Notes under the pieces: generated by a model
Told to the model about the DNA's origin: nothing
What the model saw: only the letters and a program-made list of their open reading frames with translations
The model's database searches: none
DNA from: an uncultured Chloroflexia bacterium
Lineage (GTDB): Bacteria; Chloroflexota; Limnocylindria; Limnocylindrales; CSP1-4
Length of the DNA stretch: 64,000 bases
NCBI GenBank assembly: GCA_963842755.1
Contig: CAWJIC010000008.1
Coordinates: 240-64,239, forward strand
Direction of reading: 5' to 3'
Position numbers and translations under genes: made by a program
Shown: positions 1-10,475 of the stretch, piece after piece
How positions within the stretch are numbered: position 1 is the first letter of the stretch
Layout: each line of letters opens with the position of its first letter

Positions 1-4
1 CGGC

Positions 5-778
5 ATGAGCTTCGCGATCGCGCTGTCCGACGAACAATGGGAGCTGGTCGCCGACCTGTTCGACCCGCCCGGACGTCGTGGGGCGCCGGCCCAGATCAGG
101 CGGCGCCAGATGGTCGACGCGATGCTGTTCATCGCCCGGACCGGCTGCCAGTGGCGCTACCTGCCCGAGCGCTATGGGACCTGGACGGCGGTCTGGGCCC
201 AGTGGCGGCGCTGGCGGGCGAACGGCGTCTGGGCGCGGGCGATGACGCGCCTCGCGGCGATCGTCCGGCTGCTCCACGATCGGGAGCCCCTCCCGTCGAT
301 GGTCATGGTCGACGCCCAGACGGTGAAGGGTGGCCGCTACGGGCCGACGTTCCACCAGGCCGGCGGTCCCGGCGGCCGGACGATCGGCACGAAGCGGACG
401 ATCCTCGTCGAGATCCTCGGCCTGCCGGTCGCCGCTCGGGCGGACTCCGCCCGGCCGCACGACGTCGCGGCCGCCCGAGAGCTCCTGCGTGACCGCCTGG
501 CTGATCTCCCGCGCGTGCACGCGATCGTCGGCGACCGCGCCTACCGGGGCCTGCTCAAGCTCGCCGAGCGCAAGCGGGTGACGCTCGACATCAAAGCGCC
601 GCCCAAGGGGACGCGCGGCTTCACGCCGCTGTGGCCGCTCTACAAGATCGAGCACACGATCGCCCAGCTCGGGCGCTGGCGCCGCCTGTCGCGCTGCTAC
701 GAGGGCAGCGAGGCGAGCGCCCGCGCCTGGCTCGAGGTCGCCTCGGTCGGCTACCTCGCCTGGCGGGCATCGGCCTAA
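5..778 (+). CDS. IS5-family DDE transposase
   Basis: 257-aa ORF. It has N-terminal LSDEQWELV and CQWRYLP motifs and a C-terminal DDE-type region ([29 protein letters not shown]) as in IS5-group transposases. Element ends were not located; the left end may lie outside the window. Confidence 0.8.
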   Translation: MSFAIALSDEQWELVADLFDPPGRRGAPAQIRRRQMVDAMLFIARTGCQWRYLPERYGTWTAVWAQWRRWRANGVWARAMTRLAAIVRLLHDREPLPSMVMVDAQTVKGGRYGPTFHQAGGPGGRTIGTKRTILVEILGLPVAARADSARPHDVAAARELLRDRLADLPRVHAIVGDRAYRGLLKLAERKRVTLDIKAPPKGTRGFTPLWPLYKIEHTIAQLGRWRRLSRCYEGSEASARAWLEVASVGYLAWRASA

Positions 779-980
779 CCGCCGACACCCGATCGGCCCC
801 GCGACCCGCCCGTTCCGCCTGTCTCTCGGCAGCGTCAGGTCGATCCCGTCGGGCCGCCACCTCGGCACCGGCCGGTCCCCGAACGCCGGCTCGCCGTCAC
901 GACCATCCGCGTCCCGGCACGGCCACGCCCCTTACACCGTCGAGGCGACGAATTCGGCTACAGGCCCTTAGTCACAGGCG

Positions 981-1534
981 GCAGGGATCCTCGCGACCGA
1001 CTTCTTCACCGTCGAGACGATCAGGCTCAAAGACGATCTACGTCCTGTTCTTCATCGAGCTTTCGACCCGGCGAGTGCACGTGGTCGGGGTCACCGCGCA
1101 CCCCGACTCGGCGTGGGTCACCCAGCAAGCCAGGAACCTCGCCATCGACGAGCGGCTTTCGGGTGTTCGGTTCCTCCTTCGCGACCGGGACGCCAAGTTC
1201 TCGGGACCGTTCGACGAGGTGCTCCGCGCCGAGGGCGTCCGGGTCATCCGAACGCCGATCCGCGCACCTCGGGCGAACGCATTCGCGGAGCGGTTCGTGC
1301 AGGACCGTGCGCCGAGAGTGCCTCGACCACGTCCTGATCTACGGTCGTCGGCACCTCGAGCGAGTGCTCCAGGCGTACGTCGCTCACTACGTAAAGGAGA
1401 GACCACATCGGGGACTGAGCTTGGCCGTACCCGCCGGTAACCGAACACCGCAGGTCCGGGGGACTACCCGAACGCCGGTCGAACGAAGGGACGTGCTCGG
1501 CGGTCTGATTCACGAGTATCGCTGGGCGGCGTGA
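981..1534 (+). pseudogene. rve (integrase-core) transposase remnant, N-terminally truncated with at least two frameshifts
   Basis: Reading across three frames gives [11 protein letters not shown] / [42 protein letters not shown] / [29 protein letters not shown]. This is colinear with the C-terminal ~180 aa of the intact copy at 1606-2685. Frame breaks lie near 1033 (A-run) and near 1301. Confidence 0.8.
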
Positions 1535-1549
1535 TTTGGATTGTTGAAC

Positions 1550-2712
1550 CCCGTGGGGGTCGGAAACCCCAATTCGCGCTCGGACAGTCCCGGTACGATC
1601 GGCCGATGCTGTCCCTCCTGTACCTCGTCGTCCGCGCCCTCGTCCGTTTCCTCGTACGCGCTGAACAGCCTGGTCGAGCCGACGGATCCAAGGACCTCGA
1701 GATCCTCGTTCTCCGCCAGCAGCTCCGGGTGCTGCAGCGGACGTCGGGCCCACCGAGGCTCCGGCCCATCGACCGGGTCCTGCTCGCGGCGGCGAGTCGG
1801 GCCATCCCGCGCGCTCGCTGGGTCGCCTTCATCGTCACCCCGGCGACCCTGCTCCGTTGGCACCGCGAACTCGTGAAACGGAAGTGGACGTACCGCAGGA
1901 CCGGTCGCCCAGGCCGGCCACCGATCGATGCCGCGATCCGTGCGCTCATCCTCCGGCTCGCCCGGGAGAACCCCCGTTGGGGTTGCGTGCGGATCGGAGG
2001 CGAGCTCCGCAAGCTCGGTATCCGGGTCGGCGCGACGACGATCCGGACCGTGCTTCGGACTGCCCGAGCTGGTCCTGCCCCGAGGCGGACGGGACCGACC
2101 TGGACCGAGTTCCTCCGGGCGCAAGCGAGCGGGGTCATCGCCTGCGACTTCTTCACCGTCGAGACCGCCTGGCTCCGAACCCTCTATGTCCTGGTGTTCA
2201 TCGAGCTCGGCAGCCGGCGGATCCACCTGAGTCCCGCAACGGCGCACCCGGACTCGGCCTGGGTCACCCAGCAGGCCCGGAACCTCGTGATGGACCTCGA
2301 TGGCCGCTCACCTGCCGTCCGGTTCCTCATCCGAGACCGGGACGCGAAGTTCAGCGGCCCGTTCGACACGGTGCTCCGCTCGGAGGGGATGCGGGTCATC
2401 CGCACCCCGTTCCGGGCCCCGAACGCCAACGCCCACGCCGAGCGCGTGATCGAGACGATCAGGGCCGAGTGCCTCGACTGGACGCTGATCCTCGGTCGGC
2501 GGCATCTGGATCGGACACTCCGGACCTACGCTGAGCACTACAACCGCGGGCGACCCCATCGCGCCCTCGGCCTCGCCTCACCGCTGGCTGAAGCCTCGAT
2601 CACGGTCCCGGTCAGCCCGCGCGATGTTCGCCGGCGGGATGTGCTCGGCGGGCTGATCCACGAGTACCACGGGGTCGCCGCGTGATCGAATCTGGGTTTC
2701 TGACCCCCACGG
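1550..2712 (+). mobile_element. Complete ~1.16-kb insertion sequence (rve-type transposase plus terminal inverted repeats)
   Basis: CCCGTGGGGGTCGGAAACCCCAATTCG (about 1550-1576) is an imperfect inverted repeat of CGAATCTGGGTTTCTGACCCCCACGGG (about 2686-2712). The pair brackets the transposase gene. Confidence 0.7.
1606..2685 (+). CDS. IS transposase with N-terminal HTH region and rve integrase-core domain
   Basis: The ATG at 1606 gives MLSLLYLVVRAL..KDLEILVLRQQLRVLQR, the usual N-terminus of this family. The core region reads [47 protein letters not shown]. Confidence 0.85.
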   Translation: MLSLLYLVVRALVRFLVRAEQPGRADGSKDLEILVLRQQLRVLQRTSGPPRLRPIDRVLLAAASRAIPRARWVAFIVTPATLLRWHRELVKRKWTYRRTGRPGRPPIDAAIRALILRLARENPRWGCVRIGGELRKLGIRVGATTIRTVLRTARAGPAPRRTGPTWTEFLRAQASGVIACDFFTVETAWLRTLYVLVFIELGSRRIHLSPATAHPDSAWVTQQARNLVMDLDGRSPAVRFLIRDRDAKFSGPFDTVLRSEGMRVIRTPFRAPNANAHAERVIETIRAECLDWTLILGRRHLDRTLRTYAEHYNRGRPHRALGLASPLAEASITVPVSPRDVRRRDVLGGLIHEYHGVAA

Positions 2713-2875
2713 GCAGTGCCCGAAGCACAAGAGCCACGTCTGGCGCTCGCGGATCAGCTCGCGGACCTCGATGCTCACCGGCTGCCCGCTCTGCGCTCGT
2801 CTGGAAGGCCACGGTGGCCGGGTCCGCGCCGACGCGCAGATGGACGCGGTCGCCTGAGCAGCGGCTGATCCCCGG

Positions 2876-3079
2876 TCAGCTGCTTGAGCTCAATGCGCCC
2901 GTGCGAACGACGGCGGCACCGCCGCCGATCACCGCGCTGCACCAGACGGTGCCCGAGCGCCCCGCCGGGGAGGCGTCGAGCATGCCGCGCGAGGCGAGCC
3001 AGTCGATCCGCGCGACGACTACCAACCACGCCGCCACCCCGAGTGCGAGCGCCCGAAGGATCGGCATCACAGTCTCCAT
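2876..3079 (-). CDS. Small hydrophobic protein (possibly a gene remnant next to the IS)
   Basis: METVMPILRALALGVAAWLVVVARIDWL.. reads with high GC3 in this frame. No family was recognised. Confidence 0.3.
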   Translation of the reverse strand: METVMPILRALALGVAAWLVVVARIDWLASRGMLDASPAGRSGTVWCSAVIGGGAAVVRTGALSSSS

Positions 3080-3278
3080 CTCGATCTGATCCCGGTCTTC
3101 CATGCGGCCGCTCGCTGACCCCGACGCAACTGGGCGTCGATCAAGGGAAGCGTCATGCGTACGCGTTCTGGAGGTGTGTCCTGTGCAGAGGTGCAAGCAT
3201 CTTTCTCCAACGCGGTTCGGTCATGCGAGGAGTTTCCACGCATCTTGACAAAGGCTCGCACGACGGGTCAGGACCCGT

Positions 3279-4502
3279 CTACGACAAGACGCGGGATAGC
3301 TCCTCGAGGTCCGCCCGGATCTCGGCGACACGGCCCCCAGGCCGAAAGAAGCGTGGCGTCTTGAGGGCTGAGCCAGTGACGAGGGCGACCATACGTGAAC
3401 GCGCGTCGATCCGACCTTCCCGGACCGCGACGAGTAGGCCCGCGAGCGACGCCGCGCCCGCCGGCTCGGCGAGTATACCGGCCGAGGTCCCCAGTAGTCC
3501 CATCGCCTCAAGCATCTGTGCGTCCGTCACCGAGACGAAGAAACCTTCTGAGGCGACGACATCCCGGATGGCCAGCGCGCCGGAGATCGGGCGACTGACT
3601 CCGATGCCGTCGGCGATCGTATCCGCCCCTGTTCCCCGCACCCGCTGACCGGTCTCCCAAGCCCGTTTGACCGGCTGGCAACCGTCCGCCTGAACGCCGA
3701 TCAGCCGCGGGACCGTACGCGCGACGCCACACGCGACGAGTTCGCGGAACCCCTTGGAGATGCCGTTGAGCGTCGGGCCGTCGCCTACGGGCACGGCGAC
3801 GACGTCGGGCATCTCTCCGCCGAGCTGCTCCCAGATCTCGAACGCGACGGTCTTCTTCGCTTCGACCGTCACCGGGTTCACGCCCGTGTTTCGATCGATC
3901 CAGCCGAACTCGCGTGCCGCTTGACGGGACAGGCGGAACGCGGCTTCGTACCCGCCCTGCACCTTGATCACCGTGGCTCCGACGTGGAGCATGAGCGCGA
4001 GCTTCCCGTCGTCCACATCGGACGCGACGAAGTTCACCGCCTGCTTGCCTGCCGCCGCGGCTCCGACGGCGAGGCTGACCGCGACGTTGCCGGTCGATGC
4101 GGACGTGACCCGCGACGTCCCCGACGACATCGCCTTCTGGAGGACGAGGGCGGTTGCTCGATCCTTGTTCGACCCGGATGGCCCCCTCGTCTCGTCCTTG
4201 AGCCACAGGTTCGGCAACCCGAATCGTGCGCGGAGGACGGGCGGCGCAACGAAGGGTGTGCCACCGACCGGGAGCGGATAGACGATGGGTCCCTCGTCGA
4301 GCGGCAAGAGCGCTGCGTACCGCCACATCCCGCCGCTGGACAAGGCCTTCCACGACCCCGCGTCTGCGGGGAGCAGATCGGGACGGAAGTCGTATTCGAG
4401 CTGAAGGCGCGCCCCGAAGTCCTCGATAACGACGGAAGCAGGATCGACGACCTCTTCTGTGCCGTCGTCGTGGACCAGCACGCCCCGGCTTGGCTTGCCC
4501 AT
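3279..4502 (-). CDS. Threonine-synthase-like PLP-dependent enzyme (fold type II)
   Basis: 407 aa. PLP-lysine motif PSGSNKDRA, followed by STGNVAVSLA and a GDGPT glycine-rich loop. It is the last gene of the minus-strand operon. Confidence 0.8.
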   Translation of the reverse strand: MGKPSRGVLVHDDGTEEVVDPASVVIEDFGARLQLEYDFRPDLLPADAGSWKALSSGGMWRYAALLPLDEGPIVYPLPVGGTPFVAPPVLRARFGLPNLWLKDETRGPSGSNKDRATALVLQKAMSSGTSRVTSASTGNVAVSLAVGAAAAGKQAVNFVASDVDDGKLALMLHVGATVIKVQGGYEAAFRLSRQAAREFGWIDRNTGVNPVTVEAKKTVAFEIWEQLGGEMPDVVAVPVGDGPTLNGISKGFRELVACGVARTVPRLIGVQADGCQPVKRAWETGQRVRGTGADTIADGIGVSRPISGALAIRDVVASEGFFVSVTDAQMLEAMGLLGTSAGILAEPAGAASLAGLLVAVREGRIDARSRMVALVTGSALKTPRFFRPGGRVAEIRADLEELSRVLS

Positions 4503-4512
4503 CCTTCCTCCC

Positions 4513-6105
4513 CTACCGAGATGGCGGCTGAGGACGTCCGCGAAGGACCGTGCCCGGCCTCTCCCCCGTCGGGCCGCCCTCTCGCTGGACCGCCCGGCCG
4601 CCGACGAAGACGGCGACGACTCCGGGTGGCTGCTGACACGGCTGCTCGTACGTTGCCGTGTCGACGTACGACGTCGGGTCGAGCAGCACGAGATCAGCTC
4701 GCAGCCCCTCGCGGATCCGGCCGCGATCCGCGAGCCCGAGCAGGTCGGCCGCGCGGGAACTGAGCCGCGCGACGGCGTCCTCGACCGTGATGAGCCGCTC
4801 CCGGATCGCGAACCGGCCGAGGACCCGCGCAGCGGTCGCGTAGACGCGGGGGTGGGGATGCGGGCCGAAGATGCCGTCGGAACCGACGAGCGCGAGGGGG
4901 TGGGTGAAGATCCGGCGCACGACCTCGTCGGTCGCGTAGTGGTCGATCATCGTCGCCGACAGCGCCGTCTCCACCATCACGTCGATCGCCGCTTCGGCCG
5001 GATCCTTGCCGAGCCCCTCGCCGATCTCCGCGAGTGAGCGACCGATCAGCTCGGCGTGACTCGAGGGCACGTCGACGATGACGACGCGCTCGGCCCCGCA
5101 CATCCCGTAGAGGTTCTCCCAGCCCGGGAGTCCCGTCTTCATCTCGCGGACGATCCGACCCCGCGTCTCGGGATCGAGGAGTCGCGGGAGCGTCGCCTCC
5201 CGTCCGCCCGCCAGTGCCCACGGCGGCAGGATCGCGCCAAGCATCGTACTGCCCGCACCGTAGGGGTACTGGTCGAAGGTGATGTCGATCTCGCGCCGCG
5301 CCTCGCCGAGGAGCTCGAGGAGCGGGTCGAGGAGCTGAGGATTGCCGACCAGCTTCAGGTGAGTGATGTGGAGCGGTGCGCCCGACCGGCGTGCGACCTC
5401 GATCATCTCCTCCGCCGCTGCGATGACACCCGCACCCTCGTTGCGGATGTGCGGCATGAGCGGCGCATGGAAGCGCGCGGCTTCCCGCGAGAGCTCGACA
5501 AGCTCGTGCGTGTCCGCGAACACCCCGGGGACGTAGATCAGACCGAAGGAGAGGGCGCGCGCGCCTGCCTCGAGCGCAGACCGGACCTCGGAACGCATCG
5601 CCGCGAGCTCCCGGTGCGTCGGAAGGCGGCCGTCTCGTCCCATCACGTGCTCACGAACCGCGTTGTGTCCGACTGACGCGACAAGGTTCGTCGCAGGCCG
5701 AGCCTCCTGGAGCGCTGCGAGGTACTCGTCCATCGAGGACCACGACGCCTGATCGGGACCGTGTCCCTCGATGGGCGCCAGATACGCGAGACGCATCGGC
5801 CAGGCTTCGCGGCTCACGGGTGACGGCCCGAGCCCGTCGGGTCCGATCAGCTCGGTCGTGAACCCCTGTCCCGCCTTCGGTGACAGGAGCGGGTCGACGA
5901 ACGGCCGGAGGCCGGAATGGGCGTGAAGATCGATGAACCCCGGGCAGAGGATGAGCCCCCGCCCCTCGATCACCTCCCGTGCCTCCCATCGGTCATCGCG
6001 CCCGACGGCCGCGATGACGCCGTCGGCGACGGCGACGTCCACTGGTGCGGGAGGCGAGTCTCCCGAATAGACCTGAGCGCCGGTGATCAGGAGGTCAAAC
6101 GTCAT
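4513..6105 (-). CDS. N-acyl-D-amino-acid deacylase (D-aminoacylase) family amidohydrolase
   Basis: The start MTFDLLITGAQVYSG..CPGFIDLHAHSG matches the metal-dependent amidohydrolase pattern. The ATG at 6105 overlaps the upstream stop (ATGA). Confidence 0.8.
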   Translation of the reverse strand: MTFDLLITGAQVYSGDSPPAPVDVAVADGVIAAVGRDDRWEAREVIEGRGLILCPGFIDLHAHSGLRPFVDPLLSPKAGQGFTTELIGPDGLGPSPVSREAWPMRLAYLAPIEGHGPDQASWSSMDEYLAALQEARPATNLVASVGHNAVREHVMGRDGRLPTHRELAAMRSEVRSALEAGARALSFGLIYVPGVFADTHELVELSREAARFHAPLMPHIRNEGAGVIAAAEEMIEVARRSGAPLHITHLKLVGNPQLLDPLLELLGEARREIDITFDQYPYGAGSTMLGAILPPWALAGGREATLPRLLDPETRGRIVREMKTGLPGWENLYGMCGAERVVIVDVPSSHAELIGRSLAEIGEGLGKDPAEAAIDVMVETALSATMIDHYATDEVVRRIFTHPLALVGSDGIFGPHPHPRVYATAARVLGRFAIRERLITVEDAVARLSSRAADLLGLADRGRIREGLRADLVLLDPTSYVDTATYEQPCQQPPGVVAVFVGGRAVQREGGPTGERPGTVLRGRPQPPSR

Positions 6106-7334
6106 CTCACCGTCCTCGCCAGGGCGATCGCTCCCCGCGCCAAGACCTGGGCGCCGAGGCCGCAGTCCTCCTCGCTCGAGAACTCGGCGGGCGCGTGGCT
6201 GATGCCGCCCTGTGAGCGCACGAACACCATCCCGCACGGGACGCCGGCGTTCGCGAGGTTCATCCCGTCGTGAGCGGCCTTGCTCGACATTCGCACGGTC
6301 GGGATCCCCTCGTCGCGCGCCGCGTCATCGAGCGCGTCCATGACGAGCGGGGACATCAGGGCCGGAGGCATCCGCTTTGTCTCGGTCGGAAGGAACTCGC
6401 ATCCGTTGTCCTGAGCGGACCGACGACCTGCCCCGACGATCTCCTCCACGGCCGTCGCGAGGAGGCCTTCATCGAGACTCCGGATGTCAAGCGTCGCGTG
6501 AGCTCGACCTGGAACGATGTTGCTCGCTCCCCCGATGACGCCTGCGTCGCCCGCGGTCGCGACAAGGTCCGCCGGGTGCGCCCGCATGGATCGCTGTGCC
6601 GCGAGGGCGAGTTCGGCGACCGGGATGAGCGCATCGTGCCGGTCGGCGGGCATCGTGGCCCCGGCGTGGTTCGCGATGCCGTTCACGCGGACGCGCCAGT
6701 TGCTCACTCCCACGATCCCCGTCACGATCCCTACGGCGAGCCCTTCACGCTCCAGCCGTGGTCCCTGCTCGATGTGGAGCTCGAGGTACGCCGCCACCCG
6801 CGCGCGCCGCTGCGCCACCAAAGGGAGTCGCGACGGGTCAATGCCGTAGTGCCGGAGGACGTCCGGCAGGCGGGCGCCGTCCGTCCCGACGGCTCGCTCG
6901 ACCTCCTTGAGCTCGACCACCCCTGCGAGTGATCGGCTGCCAAGCATCCCGATACCGAACCGTGCCCCCTCCTCGTCCGTGAAGCACACGAGCCCGAGCC
7001 GGCGCGCCTCCGGACGGTTCGCCTCGCGGGCGGAACGAAGGACCTCGAGGGCGCCGATGACTCCGAGAGCCCCGTCGAACCGCCCACCGTCGGGAACCGT
7101 ATCGAGGTGGGAGCCCAGGTAGACCCCACGCGCCTCGGGCGGATGCGCCCATACGTTGCCGGCCTCGTCCTGCTCGACATCGAGCCCGAGATCGGCGCAC
7201 GCCTCCGAGAGCCAGCGCCGCGCTGCGACCTCGTCGTCCGTCCACGCGAGCCGCTCGGCGCCGCCCGCGGCGGTCGCCCCGAACCGGTTGACGTCCGCGA
7301 GGTCGCGCGCGATCCGCGCGGTGGAAACCTTCAC
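6102..7334 (-). CDS. M20-family Zn amidohydrolase (N-carbamoyl-L-amino-acid hydrolase / allantoate amidohydrolase type)
   Basis: 410 aa. The N-terminus RIARDLADVNRFGAT..ERLAWTDDEVAARRWL..DEAGNVWA and GSHLDTVPDGGRFDGALGV are typical of AmaB/HyuC/AllC-type hydrolases. Confidence 0.8.
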   Translation of the reverse strand: MKVSTARIARDLADVNRFGATAAGGAERLAWTDDEVAARRWLSEACADLGLDVEQDEAGNVWAHPPEARGVYLGSHLDTVPDGGRFDGALGVIGALEVLRSAREANRPEARRLGLVCFTDEEGARFGIGMLGSRSLAGVVELKEVERAVGTDGARLPDVLRHYGIDPSRLPLVAQRRARVAAYLELHIEQGPRLEREGLAVGIVTGIVGVSNWRVRVNGIANHAGATMPADRHDALIPVAELALAAQRSMRAHPADLVATAGDAGVIGGASNIVPGRAHATLDIRSLDEGLLATAVEEIVGAGRRSAQDNGCEFLPTETKRMPPALMSPLVMDALDDAARDEGIPTVRMSSKAAHDGMNLANAGVPCGMVFVRSQGGISHAPAEFSSEEDCGLGAQVLARGAIALARTVR

Positions 7335-8716
7335 ATCCGCGCCGGATCGAAGGGCTGGCGTGCGATGAACCGCCCGGTCCCCTCGGGTGCGATCACGTCC
7401 TTGCCGTCGAATACGATCCTTCCGCGGAGGATCGTCGCCGCGACCCTGCCGCGAACCGGCATCCCGGCGAACGGCGAGTATCGCGCCGCGGACCGGACCG
7501 TCTCGTCATCCAGCGTTTTCGTGCCGTCCGGCCGGTAGATCACGAGATCAGCGTCGGAGCCCTCGGCAACGACGCCCTTCCGCGGGTAGAGGCCGAAGAT
7601 CCGGGCCGCGTTCTCGCTCGCTACCGCGGCGAGATCCTCCATCCGCATCCGCTCGGCCACGACCCCGTACGTGTAGAGGAGGGGGAGAAGGGTCTCCGTC
7701 CCGGGGACGCCCGGCGCGACCTTCACGATGTCCGCGAAATCGGTCCGCTGCGCGAGCGTGTACCCGCAGTGGTCGCTCCCGACCGTCTGCAGCCCACCCC
7801 CACCGAGCTCCTCCCAGAGGATCGCCTGTTCGCGCTCCGCGCGGAGCGGCGGCGTGTGGATGAACCGTGCGGCACGGGCATCGTCCTCGTACACGCGCTC
7901 GTCCGCCACGAGGAAGTGCGGACACGTCTCGCCGAATGCCGTCACCCCCCGACGCCGTGCCGCGCCGACGAGCCGCGCCGATTCGCCAACGGACAGGTGG
8001 ACCGGGTAGACGGCGGCGCCTGTTTCGCCGGCGAAGCGGAGCATCCGCTCGACAGTCTCGACCTCCGCGACGGCGGGTCGGGAGGCCCCGTGGTAGCGGA
8101 ACTCGACCTTCCCCTGGCGGACGAACGACGCCCTGGTCCCTTCCACGATCGCGTCGTTCTCGCAGTGGACCATGACGACCCACCCAAGCTCCGCCGCCGC
8201 ACGCATGAACTCCAGGACCACGTAGTCGTCGCAGAAGAACCCCGCCGCCCGGTACGTGCTGTAGAGCTTCGCGCTGGTCACCCCCCGCTCGGTCAGGCGG
8301 CTCATCTCCGCCATCTGTCCGCCGGAAATGTCCGTCACGATCAGATGCAGCGAGTAGTCCGTGCGGCACGAGCCCGCCTCCGCGAGGCGCCGGTCAAGCG
8401 CCTCTTCGAAGCCCTCGCCCGCATGCTGATGCGCGAAATCGATGACCGTCGTCACGCCGCCGGCGAGGGCCGCCGCGCTTCCCGAGGCAAAGTCGTCCGC
8501 GGTCCGATGGGGCTTCGCCTCGAGCGCGAAGTGGACATGCGGATCGACGATCCCCGGCAGGACATAGGAATCGCCCGCGTCGAGCATCTGTTCGCCGGCC
8601 GGTGCGAGGTTTGTGCCGATCTCCACGATCGTGCCGTCGCGGCAGCGGACGTCGGCGCGTCGGAGGCCGCGCGGCGAAACGACGGTCCCGCCGTGGACGA
8701 GAAGCCCGTCGCTCAT
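7331..8716 (-). CDS. Dihydropyrimidinase / D-hydantoinase
   Basis: MSDGLLVHGGTVVSP..LPGIVDPHVHF, then SAKLY (carboxylated-Lys position), VHCEND and GSDHCG. These are cyclic amidohydrolase signatures. The start at 8716 forms an ATGA overlap. Confidence 0.85.
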   Translation of the reverse strand: MSDGLLVHGGTVVSPRGLRRADVRCRDGTIVEIGTNLAPAGEQMLDAGDSYVLPGIVDPHVHFALEAKPHRTADDFASGSAAALAGGVTTVIDFAHQHAGEGFEEALDRRLAEAGSCRTDYSLHLIVTDISGGQMAEMSRLTERGVTSAKLYSTYRAAGFFCDDYVVLEFMRAAAELGWVVMVHCENDAIVEGTRASFVRQGKVEFRYHGASRPAVAEVETVERMLRFAGETGAAVYPVHLSVGESARLVGAARRRGVTAFGETCPHFLVADERVYEDDARAARFIHTPPLRAEREQAILWEELGGGGLQTVGSDHCGYTLAQRTDFADIVKVAPGVPGTETLLPLLYTYGVVAERMRMEDLAAVASENAARIFGLYPRKGVVAEGSDADLVIYRPDGTKTLDDETVRSAARYSPFAGMPVRGRVAATILRGRIVFDGKDVIAPEGTGRFIARQPFDPARM

Positions 8717-9621
8717 CGCACCGCCCCCCCTGTCGCGCCGGGCGAGGCCGGTTCCGCACCGCCGGGGATCCCGGCGGGCGAATGCGACGAGCGACCTGTG
8801 ATGCTGGAGACGGCACCATCGACGAGCTCCTCGACCGTGATCACGTCGGACGGGATCGCCGGGTCGCCCCACGCCTGCGCAAGGCGCGTCACCTGGGGAG
8901 GCTTGACGAACGTCCTGCGCAGCTCGTCGGGACGCGCGAAGACGTCCCTCGTCGTCCCGTCGAGGAGGATCCTCCCCTCGCAGAGCGCGACGACGCGCTG
9001 CGCGTACGCGGCGACGATGGGCATCTCGTGAGTGACGATGATGATCGTGTGACCTTCGTCCCGCCAGAGGCGCGTCAGGAAGTTCATGATCTCGGCGGAC
9101 TGCCGATAGTCCTGACCCGTCGTCGGCTCGTCCACGATGATCGCCTTGGGTCGCATCGCGAGCGTCGACGCGATCGCGATGCGCTGACGGAGCCCCTTGG
9201 TCAGGAAGAAGGGGTGCTCGGTGAAGAGCGCCTCGCGGACGCCCGCCACCGCCGCCGCCTCACGAACGATCTCGTCCCGCTCCGGATCGTCAATCCCGAG
9301 GTTCCTCGGACCATACGCGATCTCGTCGTAGACATTGTTGTTGAACAGCTGGTGATCCGGGTTCTGGAACACGTAGCCGATCCGCCGGACGAGCTCCTTG
9401 ATCACTCCCTTGCGGGCCGTGTCGATCCCGTCAACGACCACGCGTCCGGTCGTGGGTCGGAGGAGCCCGGCGAGGGACTTTGCGAACGTCGTCTTCCCTG
9501 ACCCGTTCTGTCCGATGAGCGCGATGAACTCGCCTTCCTCGACGGTGAAGTCGATCCCTCCCAGGGCAGGCGTCCCATCCTCATAACGAAAGGTGAGATC
9601 GTTCACCTCGAGAAGGCTCAT
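8713..9621 (-). CDS. ECF/ABC transporter ATP-binding protein (EcfA-type)
   Basis: Walker A GQNGSGKTT, Walker B IIVDEPTTGQD and an H-loop VTHE. The start MSLLEVNDLTFRY at 9621 forms an ATGA overlap. Confidence 0.85.
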   Translation of the reverse strand: MSLLEVNDLTFRYEDGTPALGGIDFTVEEGEFIALIGQNGSGKTTFAKSLAGLLRPTTGRVVVDGIDTARKGVIKELVRRIGYVFQNPDHQLFNNNVYDEIAYGPRNLGIDDPERDEIVREAAAVAGVREALFTEHPFFLTKGLRQRIAIASTLAMRPKAIIVDEPTTGQDYRQSAEIMNFLTRLWRDEGHTIIIVTHEMPIVAAYAQRVVALCEGRILLDGTTRDVFARPDELRRTFVKPPQVTRLAQAWGDPAIPSDVITVEELVDGAVSSITGRSSHSPAGIPGGAEPASPGATGGAVR

Positions 9622-10475
9622 CGCGCGGCACCCTCGAGCAGCGTGCGCCAACTGGCGAAGCCCTCCTCGTCGCTGAGCGGAAGCTCCCCGTGGTACAACC
9701 CGCGTTCGCGCAGTCGGCCGAAGACTTGGGTGACCTGAGGCGGATGGACGTCTCGCGCCAGCAGGTGGTCGAGGTCGCTGAAGATCTCGCGGGGCGGTGC
9801 GATGCGCTCGACTCTGCCCTCGTTCACCATCACGACCTTGTCCGCGAGCGGCGCGAAGGCCTCGATGTTGTGCTCAACGACGACGATCGTCATATCGTGA
9901 TCGTTCTTGAGTTCCGCGCAGATCCGGACGACGAGGTCTTTTCCGAGCGGGTCGATCATCGCGGTCGGCTCGTCGAGGATCAGGATCCGTGGCTGCATCG
10001 CGATGACGGAGGCGATTGCCACGCGCTGCTTCTGGCCCCCCGAGATGTCGTACGGGGGTTTGTCCAGCAAGTCCTCGACGCCGGTGATCCGCGCCGCCCA
10101 CTCGACGCGTTCGCCGATCGTCTCGAGGGGCCAGCCCACGTTCTCAAGACCGAAGACGATCTCTTCCTCGACCGTGAGCGCGGTGAACTGGGATTCCGGG
10201 TCCGCGAAAACGAACCCGATCTGCTTCGCAAGGACGGAGGGCTTGATCGATTCCAATCGGTCGCCGAAGACCAGCACGTCGCCCTTGAGAATACCCGTGA
10301 TCGAATTCGGGATCAGGCCCTTGATCGCGGATACGAGCGTCGTTTTGCCCGCCTCATTCGGGCCGATGACGAGAACGAAATCGCCTTCCGGGATCGCGAG
10401 GTTGACGTCGACGAGCGCCGGTTCCTCCGCGTGCTCGTATCTCCAGGTCACGCCATTCAGCTCGATCGCGTTCAT
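9618..10475 (-). CDS. ECF/ABC transporter ATP-binding protein (EcfA-type)
   Basis: Walker A GPNEAGKTT, signature ISGGQKQRVAIA, Walker B ILILDEPT and VVEH. Confidence 0.85.
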   Translation of the reverse strand: MNAIELNGVTWRYEHAEEPALVDVNLAIPEGDFVLVIGPNEAGKTTLVSAIKGLIPNSITGILKGDVLVFGDRLESIKPSVLAKQIGFVFADPESQFTALTVEEEIVFGLENVGWPLETIGERVEWAARITGVEDLLDKPPYDISGGQKQRVAIASVIAMQPRILILDEPTAMIDPLGKDLVVRICAELKNDHDMTIVVVEHNIEAFAPLADKVVMVNEGRVERIAPPREIFSDLDHLLARDVHPPQVTQVFGRLRERGLYHGELPLSDEEGFASWRTLLEGAAR

